Of a stretch of DNA of 64,000 bases, positions 11,560 to 24,059 are shown piece after piece. Position 1 is the first letter of the stretch. Each line of letters opens with the position of its first letter. Under the pieces are notes generated by a model that saw only the letters and a list, made by a program, of their open reading frames with translations, had not been told where the DNA came from and did not search any database. Position numbers and translations under genes: made by a program. The stretch covers positions 153,760,001-153,824,000 of the forward strand of contig NC_042998.1 in assembly GCF_006345805.1 (NCBI RefSeq). The letters are read 5' to 3'. Source of the DNA: Octopus sinensis (Eukaryota).

Positions 11560-13400
11560 AGCCAACATTGCCAGCAACTATAGGATATCCTACTTCCTCT
11601 CATATGCCCTGTAATCAAATTGTGCCTGGATGTGTGTGGCAGCACAGAAGACGACCTCAGCAGAATCAATGAATGCAAACCACTCCTGTAACCTGACAGG
11701 ATGCATAATAGGCAGTATGGATGTAGTGTCCCTATATCTATCCATTGATGCTGATTTTGCTGCAGGCAAATGCACAGAGATGAACAGTGAGAGTAACGTG
11801 GAGTTTTCTGATATTGACATAGAGGAACTGGACCTCCTCCTTAGGATTACATGTGACAAAGAGTACCTAGACAAACATGACCTTAGCTGTTTTTGCTCCA
11901 GTAGATCAGTAAGAGGGAGACCCCCTACTGCAACCACAATGGCCAAGAAGACCCCTGTGGACCCCTGAAAACTATGATCAGGTGAGAAAAATGGTTGCAT
12001 GTGCAGTAGGTGCAAGTACCAAAATCACTCTAAAGGGCCACATGTTCAAGTTTAATAAGAAGATATATGCCAAAGAAGATGCAGCCATCAGTGTCAGTAT
12101 CACTGGTGGTGTGGTTAACTTAGTTATAGTATGGTGGGATAAGAGACGCAAAGAATGATTAGCAGAGAGCTCCATAACCCTAACCATGTACTCCTGCTAT
12201 GTGGATGATATCACAATAGTAGCAAAAGTACCCCTACAAGATAGTGTCTATGAACTAGAAGCTAGCACCATGGACAGTATCCAGCAAATAGAATACTCCA
12301 TCCATCAGAGTATTAAAGTAACAGTAAATTTCCCCAGCAAGTACCCTAACTATAGACTACAAGTTTTAGATATAGTAGGCTGGAAACTAGGAATAATAAG
12401 GTCCAGATCCCTCATTCCCACTATGCCAAACCCATGACCTCTAACTATCTGGTCCACAAGAATGCAGCTATTGCAGACAACATTGAGTTCAATATTCTAA
12501 TAGTGGACTTGGTAAGAGTGATGAGAAATGTGACCTGCAATGTGATCCAACACAATTAGAACGACACATATAACACTTCATTCACCATATACAGTTCTCT
12601 GGCTACAGCTAAAGGGATAGGATTAGAGTGTACAAAGGAGCCAGGGCTAAGTACAAGGCCATCATAGAGAATGATGCAAATGGGGTCTGCCCAGTATAAA
12701 GAAGTAAATCCTGGAATAGCATAAAAAGGACCAAGAAGATAGATAAGGCCAACTCATGGTATGACAACCAAAAATACCAGAGTGTCATGTTCGTTGATGC
12801 TACCTTTGGCAGAAAACTAGTATACCATTTTAGGAAAATCTTAGTTAAGATGAATCTATGGATTGAAGTAGTACAAAGACTAAAGACCTCCATAAAATCC
12901 CTGATCTATGGAACATACTCATTTGAAAGATCCCCATGCAAGGATAAAAACTGTATAGTGTGTAGGATGAACCCACATGTAAACTGTAAGATTAGGAATA
13001 TAGTCTATAGGATACAGTGTATGGAGCAACGGTGCAAAAACAGGACAATCACATACATTGGGGAGACAGCATGTAGCATAGGTGAACAATGGCAGGAGCT
13101 CAAGGAGGAGAAAGCCCATTACTGTTCTACCAATATGCTCAATTAGAACATGATGGCTCATAGATATTAAGATATTATCAATACATAGAACACACACAAC
13201 AGATTACAGAAGCCACACACATAGTAATAGTCAGGCTGAGCCTCAACAGAAGATATGAATGAAATAATCCCCTTTACACTCCACCACACTATACAACCTC
13301 AGGACTAAAGATGGAATGAGAGAAGGAAAAAATGCAGATACAAACAGTATAAAGCCATATACATACACTCACTCAAGACACATACAAAAGTTGATATGAG
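11560..13400 (+). mobile_element. Penelope-like element (RT plus GIY-YIG endonuclease), decayed
   Basis: SMDVVSLY, YVDDI and LQVLDI RT motifs; CKDKNCIVC...IVYRIQC...YIGET GIY-YIG region; frameshifts and stops. Confidence 0.88.
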
Positions 13401-13481
13401 GAAAAAAATGAACAAATAAATTAATAAAAACATAATTAAAAGACATGGGTACAAACAGTGTAGTAAAGCAAATACATTAAC

Positions 13482-14030
13482 ATCATCATCATTATTTAAT
13501 GTCTGCTTTCCATGCTAGCATGGGTTGGGCGGTTCGACTGGGGTCTGGGAAGCCAGGAGGCTGCACCAGGCCCAGTCTGATCTGGCAGTGTTTCTACAGC
13601 TGGATGCCCTTCCTAACGCCAACCACTCCGTGAGTGTAGTGGGTGCTTTTTACATGCCACTGGCACTGGTGCCAGGCGAGGCTGGCAACGTCCACAATCG
13701 ATTGGTGCTTTTTACGTGCCACCAGCACGGAGGCCAGTCGAGGCGGCGCTGGTAACGGCCACTTTCAGATGGTTCTTTTACGTGCCACCGGCACTGGTGT
13801 CACAACTACAATTTCCATTGATGTTGGATCGATTTTGATTTCACTTGCCTCAACAGGTCTTCGCAAGCAGAGTTTTGTATCCCAAGAAGCAAAGGTATGC
13901 ATAAGTGGACTGGCTACATCCCAGGTAAAGCCCACGGGTTATGGTCTCACTTGTCCTGCCGGGTCTTCTCACACACAGCATACTTCCAAAGGTCTCGGTC
14001 ACTAGTCATTGCCTCAGTGAAACCTAATGT
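13482..14030 (-). mobile_element. RTE 3'-UTR copy
   Basis: Reverse complement of the 985-1574 family. Confidence 0.85.
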
Positions 14031-14120
14031 TCAAATGTTTGCATACATATATATATATCAGTAAATCATACATCCGAAAGAGAAGCACACTCAAAGTTAT
14101 AGAGCAGTCGAGTAGTTAGA

Positions 14121-14249
14121 TAAAGATAGTTATGGCTGGTCTATGGGGTTACCCAGGGTTTCACATCCATAAAGGGCCAGTGACCTATAACCTCTCTTTA
14201 TGGATGTGAAACCCAGGGTAACCCTACAGACTGGCCAAAACTATCTTTA
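14121..14249. repeat. Hairpin with ~54-bp arms and ~21-nt loop
   Basis: TAAAGATAGTT...CACATCCATAAAG versus CTTTATGGATGTG...AACTATCTTTA. Confidence 0.9.
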
Positions 14250-17200
14250 CCTATCTCTCTATCTATCTATATTGGTGAGACCAGTAGGTCCATAAGCGGG
14301 TTCTCATTCCTAAGGTATTTTTTTGATGTTATTATTATTATTCTGGTCACTGCCTGGAATCGAACTCGGAATCTTGGGTTAGTACCCCTGGATATATCTC
14401 TATAAACAGTAACTCTCTACTCAAATAGGTTAGGAAGGCGAAAGAATGACTAATATGAAACATCTTTAAATGTCATTTCCAGGTGGTGCTTATTAAGTTA
14501 GAGATAGCCTGGACCAATGTTGCCTGAAACTTATCTAAGTATATATATATGGTAAGACAACAAAAGAATGAAAGAGACCTCGATATTATGTAAATAGAGG
14601 AATTTACATTTACAGGTGTGTTTGCTAGTGTGTATATATATATATATATACACACACTAGCAAACACATCTGTCCTTTGGATGGTTTAAGTTGCTTTGGT
14701 GGTATTTTTTCACCAAATAATTGAACTACCGAAAAAGTTTGTGAGTAGTTCAGCGATCTATGTTTCTGATTAACTTAGGAATGGAAAATCAAATTAAAGG
14801 TTGGTTATTGTGGAGGCCATCGCATTTTAATGATCACAGAACATATAAGTTTGTAAGCAATGCAAAGTAGAGCTACTGACATGTTTTGGGAGTAGATTAT
14901 GGATAATGACTAAAAAATATAGTTGTTTTACATGAAAGCAAAATTTTGTGTCAGAAACAGCTACATAAAGAGTGTAATGAAATTGAAGGAAGACATTGAA
15001 ACTTCCCCTCTGCAAGTTTATTTTTTTCAACAGCAAAGGGAGCTATATTTTCAGAGAGACAAACTAACAAAAGCTCCTTTCTTCTGTTTTCCTGCATAGC
15101 CTGCACATAAACAAACAGTAAATGTTGCATAAAGTTAAATTTGTTTGGAACTTTCTGAAAGATATGTATAGCTTTCACTAGTGGAAACAAAACTCTTGTT
15201 TACAGGTTGATTCTTTGGGACAACTCATATGTGATTGTTTAAAAAAGACTACAATGACAATGCTAAAATGTATTTGAAATGATGGACAACAATCAAAATA
15301 TCATAACGGATGGGTAAATAAGCATCCTTAAAGTGAAACAATGCATTAGTAGGTAAACAGAGGTATCAACAAATACCTTTCAAGAACTCAAAATAAGTAA
15401 AGGTAAGCTTGCCAAAGTTTAATGCAGTTTCAATATGGAGATTAAGATTGTTTAATATTGGATATTCATCACGTACATTGTTCTTAGTCAATTTAATCAC
15501 AGTGGTAGGTAGACGAAATTATTTCACTTTTATAAAAAGATTAAAAAGTATGGAAGACACTACATACAAAACAACTATGTCCATTTATGCGGGAGCTCTG
15601 CGCAAAATGTTTAGTGCATGACCATCCTTGGGACATAAGTAATATGTGTGTAAAGTTTGGTGAAAATCAGTTGAGAATAGTGGAAATATTTGCATTCAGT
15701 GTTCCTAGCAAATTTAATCACCATTGCTGGTGGACAAAGGAAATAAATAGACAAAATCCTTTCACTTTTATAAGAACACTAGCTTAAGGTGACCCACTCT
15801 ACGCACGGGTGAGGGTGTGGTTGTTACTCTTTGTTGCTTCTTTTCTGTTTCTTATTGCCACATTCTCCCTCTTCGTTTCTCTCTCACTTTCCCACTCTTC
15901 CTTTCTCTCGGACTCTCCTTTGCTTCCTCTTACTTTCTATCTCTCTCCCATTTATAAAAAACAAAAGATCTTGAGTAAGTTGAGAAAGAAAATATTTTGA
16001 AAGATCAATCATAAATATCAGGCAGTGACAACGGAAAGCACACTTGCCTTTTGTACGTGCCACTATTTGAGCGATTAAAAATAAGGAAAAAAAAAAAGGA
16101 TTTCTTTGCTAAATTTAGTACTTATTTTGGAACTTTTTTAATGATTGACCATGCAAATGAAAGCTCTAAACACAGGCTTCATGCAGCTGTAAATCTCTAT
16201 CAGAAAAAATGAAAACTGTAAACAATAAAAAATAAAAGGCAAAAATACATAAAAATGAGAAATATTTTTCAACTTCAAAAATCTTGCCTTAATTTTCAAA
16301 ATTTCAAACCCATTTTCTGCACTTAAATTACAAATCCAGTTCTACTTTACCATGTTGAAAATTTGATTGAAATCGGGCAAAAGGTGTCCAATCTAGACCC
16401 CCAAGTGTCCCCAAAAATCAATAAAATCCCCGTTTTCACACCAAAGCAACCACCGTAGCACCCCAAAATGTCTCCCAATCAATTTCTCCCCTCAAGTTAC
16501 TCCCTTCTGTAAATTTTAATCCCCTTCCAGCCCTATTTAGATCCCTTTTTACATAAAAATCCAATTTGTATCAACATTCGCCTTCTTCATTTTATAGATT
16601 AGATTAAGAAAGTAAGGAAGACCCCACATACAAAAAAACTACATCCATTTATGCAGGAGCTCTAGGCAAAATGTTATAGTTGGGACATAAGTAATGTGTG
16701 TGTGTAAAGTTTGGTGAAAATCAGTTGAGAATTGTGAAAATGTATGCGTTAGTCATTATACACATACATACTGTTATTTATATATACTAGATATATAGAT
16801 ACAAACATACACACACACGCACTCACACACCTTTGTTCCAGCAGGAGAAATCAATTATAGCATTTTAATTATAAAGACTAGTTAATATAAATAACACTAT
16901 AATCAGTACAATATGTAGCAGTGGGAGTAATCAATTAATGTCTTCTAAATTTTAATAGTTTTATACTGTAAAATTACTTTAATGTACTTGATGGAAAAGA
17001 GTGATGTTAATAAAGATCAAATTACTATTTACAGAGCAAGTCATTTTCGAGAAACATTTTAACTATAATAGTAGAGGTTAGAATAAATGAAAAAATAAGA
17101 AAAATAAGGAAAAAAAAAGGATTTCTTTGCTAAATTTAGTACTTATTTTGGAACTTTTTTAATGATTGACCATGCAATCGCTCAAATATAAGTTTCTGAA

Positions 17201-17537
17201 GTTCAAGCAATAAACATAGCACATGAAAACAGCATTAAAAATATTTAATTAATGCCATTCTGCTAATTCATCATAATCTTTTGTCCACATCATTGGTGTC
17301 AAGCCCCACTGACAGTTACCAGTGATTACTGTGTCTTTACAACTACAGAAGTACAGGGCTCAATTGCTGACTCAATTTAAAATATCATTATGCCATCCAG
17401 GCAAATTATCTACTATGCAGATGCCTGCGTAGTACTCAATTTTACAAGTATCTGATCCCACAAATTGTAGTTGATAAATATTATGGCTAAGTGTACTGGA
17501 ACGTTTCATTAAATTCCTTGTCCATTTATAATATGCA

Positions 17538-18825
17538 TTGGGCCATCCTATAAGTAATGCGGTTTTTTCAATTGCATGAACTAAAAGTTGGAGGGGGACA
17601 GGACAGACTACCTGCATCAACTTGCTATAAAAGCAGGCAGTAATTTTACCTCGTACTTTGAAGAGTGTAGTTCGATTTTAAGTTATTTTTTCAAAGCTAT
17701 AATCAAAGTGAAAAAGGAGCATATTCGGCATATTTTGCTTTATGAGATCAGTAAAGGCAACAACGCAATGGAAAGTGTGAGGAATTAATACAGTCTATGG
17801 GGATTGGACAATAAGTGTAAGCCAGTGTCAATGGTGGTTCCAGAAATTCTGAGCCAGAAACTACAGCATAGAAGACAAGATTTGTGAAGCTCAACCAGAA
17901 CGTCCTGCAAACCCTGATGGAACAAAATCTCATTGTAACTGTTGAGGAAATAGCAGAGAAGCCTGGATTTAGTCATTTAACTAGTCATTAACACCTGTGT
18001 GCCACTGGAAAAGTTAGCAAATTGGGTCAATGAGTTCCTCACAAACTTCCCGAGTCTAATCATGTGCAGAGAGTTAATATGTGCTCTTCTTTGCTGTCAT
18101 GTTTTATGAATGAACCTTTTTTGGATCGAATAGTGACTGGTGACGAGAAATGGGTTCTCTTTAAACATGTCAAACGCCAGAAACAGTGGGTAGGGAAAGT
18201 GCAAGGAATATTAATGCAATATATGGTGATTGGACAATAAGCATAAGCCAGTGTCAATGGTGGTTCAAGAAATTTTGTACTGGAAACTACAGCCTAGAAG
18301 ACGAGCCTCATCCTGGAAGATCTGTAGAGCTTGACGACGATATCCTGCAAACCCTGGAACAAAATCCCATCGCAACTGTTGAGGAACTAGCAGAGAATCT
18401 TGGATTAGGTCATTCAACCAATCATCGACACCTGTGCTAGAAGAAAAACAACCATCTTTAGTTTCAAGACGAAAGGTGTTCTTCCATCTGGATAATGCTC
18501 AGCCACATATAGCAAGGACAACATTCCAACAGCTGGAGCAGTTTGAATGGGAAATGATGCCTCACCCACCTTATTCGCCAGACATTACCCCATCTGATTA
18601 TCATTTATTCCAGTCTTCAAAATCATTTGGATGGAAAAAATATGAATTCTACTAATGAGGTCAGACAAGTCAATTTTGGAAGAGGGGCCTTGCAAATCTA
18701 ACAGATAGATGGAAGAGCATTGTAGAAAATAAAGGAGAGTATATTTTAGATTAAAAAAGAACTTTATCTTAATTTTGAAAAATAAAAGCAATATAAAAAA
18801 CTACATTATTTATGAGATGACCCAA
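17538..18825 (+). mobile_element. Mariner (DD34D) transposon, full length, decayed, with the N-terminal part internally duplicated
   Basis: TIRs TTGGG(C/T)CATC...; TA at 18826-18827; VTGDEKW, FHLDNAQPH and HPPYSPDITPSDYHLF motifs. Confidence 0.93.
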
Positions 18826-19427
18826 TATATTACAAATAAAAAAAAATACAATTCATTTACTGAAAAGGATCTCTTTCCTTTGCAAAACAGAAATCTGCCA
18901 TACATATGTCTAATTGAACAAAATACTTTTTCTTGATTAGTTTTCTCTTCTCTGGTTAAACTGACAGCAACCAGAGAATTGCAAAGTCTGAATGATTTCA
19001 ATTATTTTACTTTTTCGTTACAAATAGAATCAAATCAAAACACATACATTTTTCATTAGAAAGCTTAACAGCTTTGAGATTGAATTAAGGATAAAATTGA
19101 CATCGAAAAACTTTACACATGCCTCCAACAATGAAAAAATATTAACAAAATACAAAAATATAAGATCAGATAATGATAAAGCTTTGCTTTTGATACTCAG
19201 TTACACAAAGTACACAAACACATAGCAAACTGATAAAATAAATTAGTTCAATATATATATTCTGGAAATAGAAAATTGTCTATATAACAGTGTTAGTTCA
19301 TGTCATAAGTCAAGTTAAATTAGAAAAGAAAACATTAGATAGGTTTAAATATAATAGAGAAAGAATGTAACAAAAAAAAAAAAAGAGAAAATGAATCAAA
19401 ATTCAAGCTATAAGTTTTAAATCTCAC

Positions 19428-19649
19428 CTTTGAAGAACCAAATATTGAAAAAAGGCCCCCTCTCTTTTTCGTTCTGCCACCCACAGTTCCAGGTTTTATT
19501 TGATTTTTAAAGTCTGTTGATGATTGGGAGCGAGGGGCGGAATTGTGAGGGTAACTATCTCCAGGAGTAGGGCAGCTAAGGTCTTCAAATGGAAGGTCCG
19601 AAGGATGGGTGAAACCAGATTTGTAGCGCTCAATCACTAACCGAGAATC
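19428..19649 (-). CDS. FNBP1L: F-BAR gene exon: DSRLVIERYKSGFTHPSDLPFEDLS...GGRTKKRGGLFSIFGSSK
   Basis: 222 nt, cccaAG / GTGAGA. End of the extended F-BAR ([23 protein letters not shown]-like) plus basic linker. Confidence 0.92.
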
Positions 19650-20113
19650 CTTGGGTGGGGGAAAAGAATAAAAATTGTATTTCAAAATTAAAAAGAAATA
19701 TAAGAATGGGAAATTTTAGATGAACATCAAACAATATGCATTAAGGAAAATACATGTCTGGTAAAGGCTTATGAATTTTTCAATTTAAATATTCAGATTC
19801 ATTGATTCCAAAAGGAAATATTCCTTTAACTTGTTTGTAATTGTTTAATTTAATGTCAACATTGTTTTGCCTAATGCATTCATCTGCAAAGTTAGAAATC
19901 AAATTTTTGTATAGTAAAATGCTCTCCTTAACTCATGTCTAATATGAAATAGAATGGAATCAGTGGAACTATAATCTCTATTTCATTGAAATTAATTTCA
20001 GTACTATTTGATGATTATGACAAAAGATTTAAACTGTGGCATAAAACTGCAAATGCAGTTTAACCACTACTATGTTACTCAACATCATCACAAAAAGAAA
20101 TGAGAAAATATAT

Positions 20114-20708
20114 TGATATGTTCTGTGTTATGACAATGTATTTTGTCATCTGTGTGACTGGCCCAAACAGCGTACCTCGCTGAGTGACACTGCTTGCTGT
20201 GTCTGTCCACTATTTGCCAGTAGTGGAACAGCCCACTTCTCACTTGGGGGTGTCTGTCACAACACCTCCCCCTTTTGAGATTTTTTTTTGTTTCACACAG
20301 AATTATTTTTCTCTTCAGAATACTGCAGGTAGTACCAGTCTACATTGTTTACCGGTAGCGCTACTAACACATAGTAACCTGACTAAAATCCTTCAAATGG
20401 ATTTACATTATTTTTCACAGTGTGTAGTTCCAGTTTTATGTGACACTTTTTCTTCAGAATATTTTTTCAATAAAATTTATATATTTTTCACTGTATGTAG
20501 TTCAGTTCTGTGTTAGTCTTATCTTCTACTACGTGTAGTTCGATTCCATGTCACTACTGATATGTCCTGCATTATGACAATGTATTTCGTTGTTTGCGTG
20601 ACTTGTCCAAACAGCGTACCTCGCTGACTGACACTGCTTGCTGCGTCTGTCCACTATTTATCAGTAGTGGAACAGCCAACTTCTCACTTGGGGGTGTCTG
20701 CCGCAACA
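20114..20708 (-). mobile_element. TRIM-like miniature LTR element (151-bp LTRs, 293-bp internal region)
   Basis: Direct repeats 20114-20264 and 20558-20708 (about 89% identical), TG...CA termini on minus, TATAT target-site duplication, polypurine tract AAAAGGGGGAGG at 20265-20276. Confidence 0.8.
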
Positions 20709-20858
20709 TATATAAAGCTAGCAGTTGTATGATGGAGATATATCATAGCTAATAATGTGAAGTATGCAGCATGCCAGATATATGAAATTTTGGGCTATAC
20801 TGATTTTTAAGATATATAATAAAAGGAAAGAAACATTTGTTATCAGAAAGGTACTAAC

Positions 20859-21005
20859 CTCTTTTGGACTAATAGAATCTACAGCTTTGAACATTCCTTC
20901 TATACAAGTATTTATGATAGGTAACACGCGCTTTTCTTGGTCAGCAAAAGATTTCAAAAAGCTTTTCAGTCGGCTAATCCTTTTTTCATCCATATCTTGT
21001 AATTG
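20859..21005 (-). CDS. FNBP1L: F-BAR gene exon: QLQDMDEKRISRLKSFLKSFADQEKRVLPIINTCIEGMFKAVDSISPKE
   Basis: 147 nt, gtttaAG / GTTAGT. Equivalent to KIQEMEERRI...[23 protein letters not shown]. Confidence 0.95.
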
Positions 21006-21934
21006 CTTAAACATAAACCAAAGCGTTAGAATTCATTTTACAAAATCAATATAAAAACTGAATTAAGAAAATGTAAAGTATCTCACACACATATTACTTT
21101 CAATCAACTCTTTTTGTTGTTATGTATGTCAATAATTTTAGGGCTGAATGCTATCCCTATCACTCCTTTACAGCATACAATGGGATTATATTGAAATACG
21201 AACGACATGAGAGAGGTTGTTGCAGGAATAAAGAGTTCCTGATACCCTGGATTAATTATTATTTGGAATTACTGCTTTCCTAAACAACACTGCAGCTTAT
21301 AAAGTCTACATTTCCTATGTTCATTCCTTTGGTTCTTTCAAAGAGTTGACAGCCCTTAGATTCTGCAATGGTAACAAGATCATCCAATGATGCCCTAAAC
21401 TCTGATCTATTACTTCAAAGACAATGGTGATGAAAAGTTAAAGGGAAGTCTAGGCAAACACTCACACCCACCACTACTGAAATAGCTAAATCTTATCCAA
21501 ATTACAGTACCCTCACACATAGTTTGGCAGTTTTGGAAAAACAACACTAATGGGGAGGTGATAGTGGTGAGATTTGATGTAAGAATATTAAATCATTGCT
21601 TGGGAAATTATCCTATAACCAATGGATAAAAACAACAAACGAAAGTGAAAAACTGAAATATTGAAAGATAATTGCTTTGAATAAAATATATCAATATTCA
21701 CCATATACACTTGCATGATGGATACAAATGCACGTATTTGGATATATAATATATATATTATAAACCTGTATGTGTATACACATGTGTGTGCAAATAAAGA
21801 TGTATGTGTGTGTGTGCTAGCAAATATCTCTACGTGTGCATGTGCAAGTAAATATATATGTGTTTATGTATATGTTATAAAGACTATTTAATTCTGACTG
21901 ATAATTTATATCAAATATCAAAGTGGACATGGAG

Positions 21935-22240
21935 GTACAATGGCCCAGTGGTTAGGGCAGCGGACTTGTGATCGTAGGTTCGTGGTTACAATTCCCAGAC
22001 TGGGCGTTGTAAGTGTTTATTGAGCGAAAACACCCAAAGCTCCACGAAGCTCCGGCAGGGGGTGGCGGCGATCCCTGCAGTACTCTTTTGCAACAACTTT
22101 CTCTCACTCTTTCTTCTGTTGGCCTGCTCGCTTAGCCAGCGGGGTGGAATCATTTGAAGGCTAAAACAATACGAAGCACATTGTGACCAGCGATGTGTAG
22201 CAACATCTGATAGCCAGGTCAGTCACGGTGATCACAGTGG
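21935..22240 (+). mobile_element. tRNA-derived SINE (family C)
   Basis: TGGCCCAGTGGTTAGG A-box-like head; reverse copy at about 47680-47850. Confidence 0.75.
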
Positions 22241-22997
22241 ACACATCTTTGACATGCTAGAGGACAGTTCAGTTGATGAAAAACTAGTAATTTATCCAGC
22301 TACTTATCTAGCTGATTCAATCAATGTGTCTGCCTATTTACCTCACTAGGGCAAAGCCATATCCTCTCTTCTTTTGTCACTTTAGGACAGTCTTTTGTTT
22401 AAAAATCCTAACTTGCATCTGAAATTCCTGACTCAACACCTATCTACCTTAATGTTTTTCTAAAAACAGACTACCCCATCATAAAAATCTTGAAGCTATG
22501 GGATACTGCATGATTAATTGAAAATAATGTGGATAAATAAACATTACATTTAACAGAATAATATGAATGCCATATCTTCCCATTGTGTTGTAACCTGATA
22601 GCTTAGATCTCTATACAGTTCTCTATACATTTAATGTATAGATTTAATATACATCTGAATTAAATGTTACATCTGTTCTTGTCTCTTCAATTTTTAATAG
22701 AATATTACAATAATTCTTTTAATATTTTTGTTCATTTTCACCTATGTTTGTTTATATCAAACCTTTTCTTATTTTTCACTTTGAAGAAATTATATACCAG
22801 GGTTATTATCCACAACATTGGCTGACCAAGACAGTATTCTTACCTTTGTGAAGAAATTATGTGCCTCCAGCCAGCAGATCTGATGAATCACCTATATTGT
22901 TAAGAGCATAATAGACGCGAAACCAATGGTAATTTTCTGACCAGCCATAACTAACAACTATGCCAAATATATATATGTATACATGTGTATGTATATA

Positions 22998-23045
<48 letters not shown>

Positions 23046-23418
23046 ATATATATATGTATATCTATTTTTTAAATATGTATGTATGTATACATACATACAT
23101 CTGTGTGTGTGTGTGTATCTCTTTTATCTTTTACATGTCTCAGTCACTGGACTGAGGCTAAGTTGGTTGGGAACCAAACCTATTACAGAGTTGTGTGTGT
23201 GTGCATGTGTATACTGATGGATATATGTATGTCTTTGTATAAATATAAGTATATACACACATATAGGTGTGGCTGTGTGGTAAGAAGCTTGCTTCCCAAC
23301 CACATGGTTCCAGGTTCAGTCCCACTGTATGGCACTTTGGCAAAGGTCTTCTACCTTTGCCTTGGGCTGACCAAAGCCTTGTGAATGGATTTGGTAGACG
23401 GAAACTGAAAGATGCCTG

Positions 23419-23477
<59 letters not shown>

Positions 23478-23624
23478 TATTCAGGGCAAATGAGTAATGT
23501 ACTTACTCGCTTGCCCTGTATATTAATTTATAAATTTATAAATTTTACCTTAATCGGTTTATCACATGCAAACTACTTGATAAAATCATATATAGATTCT
23601 ATCCTGAATTTTATGATATATATA

Positions 23625-23661
<37 letters not shown>

Positions 23662-23664
<3 letters not shown>

Positions 23665-24055
23665 CGCAGGAGTGACTGTGTGATAAGTAGCTTGCTTACC
23701 AACCACATGGTTCCAGGTTCAGTCCCACTGCGTGGCACCTTGGGCAAGTGTCTTCTACTATAGCCTTGGGTCGACCAAAGCCTTGTGAGTGAATTTGGTA
23801 GACGGAAACTGAAAGAAGCCCGTCGTATATATGTACATATATATGTGTGTGTGTGTGTGTATGTTTGTGTGTGTGATTGTCCCCCCAACATCGCTTGACA
23901 ACTGATGCTGGTGTGTTTACGTCCCCGTAACTTAGCAGTTCGGCAAAAGTGACCGATAGAATAAGTACTAGGCTTATAAAGAATAAGTCCTGGGGTCAAT
24001 TTGCTCGACTAAAGGCAGTGCCACAGTCAAATGACTGAAACAAGTAAAAGAGTAT
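23662..24055 (+). mobile_element. SINE family A, full-length copy
   Basis: tRNA-like head, CORE-like GGCACCTTGGGCAAGT, central microsatellite, AAAAGAGTA tail. Other copies at about 23263-23420, 27670-28065, 29052-29129 joined to 30341 onward, 33984-34340 (minus), 61520-61760. Confidence 0.88.
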
Positions 24056-24059
24056 ATAT

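Noticed and set aside
15300-16790. Two related AT-rich segments (about 15570-15700 and 16645-16740) ending near ATACTAGAT, possibly another Helitron-type element
   Set aside because: Ends and hairpin could not be defined; left unclassified.
21935-22010. tRNA genes at SINE heads (also 10544-10620 and family A heads)
   Set aside because: A/B boxes present but no intact cloverleaf; each continues into a SINE body.
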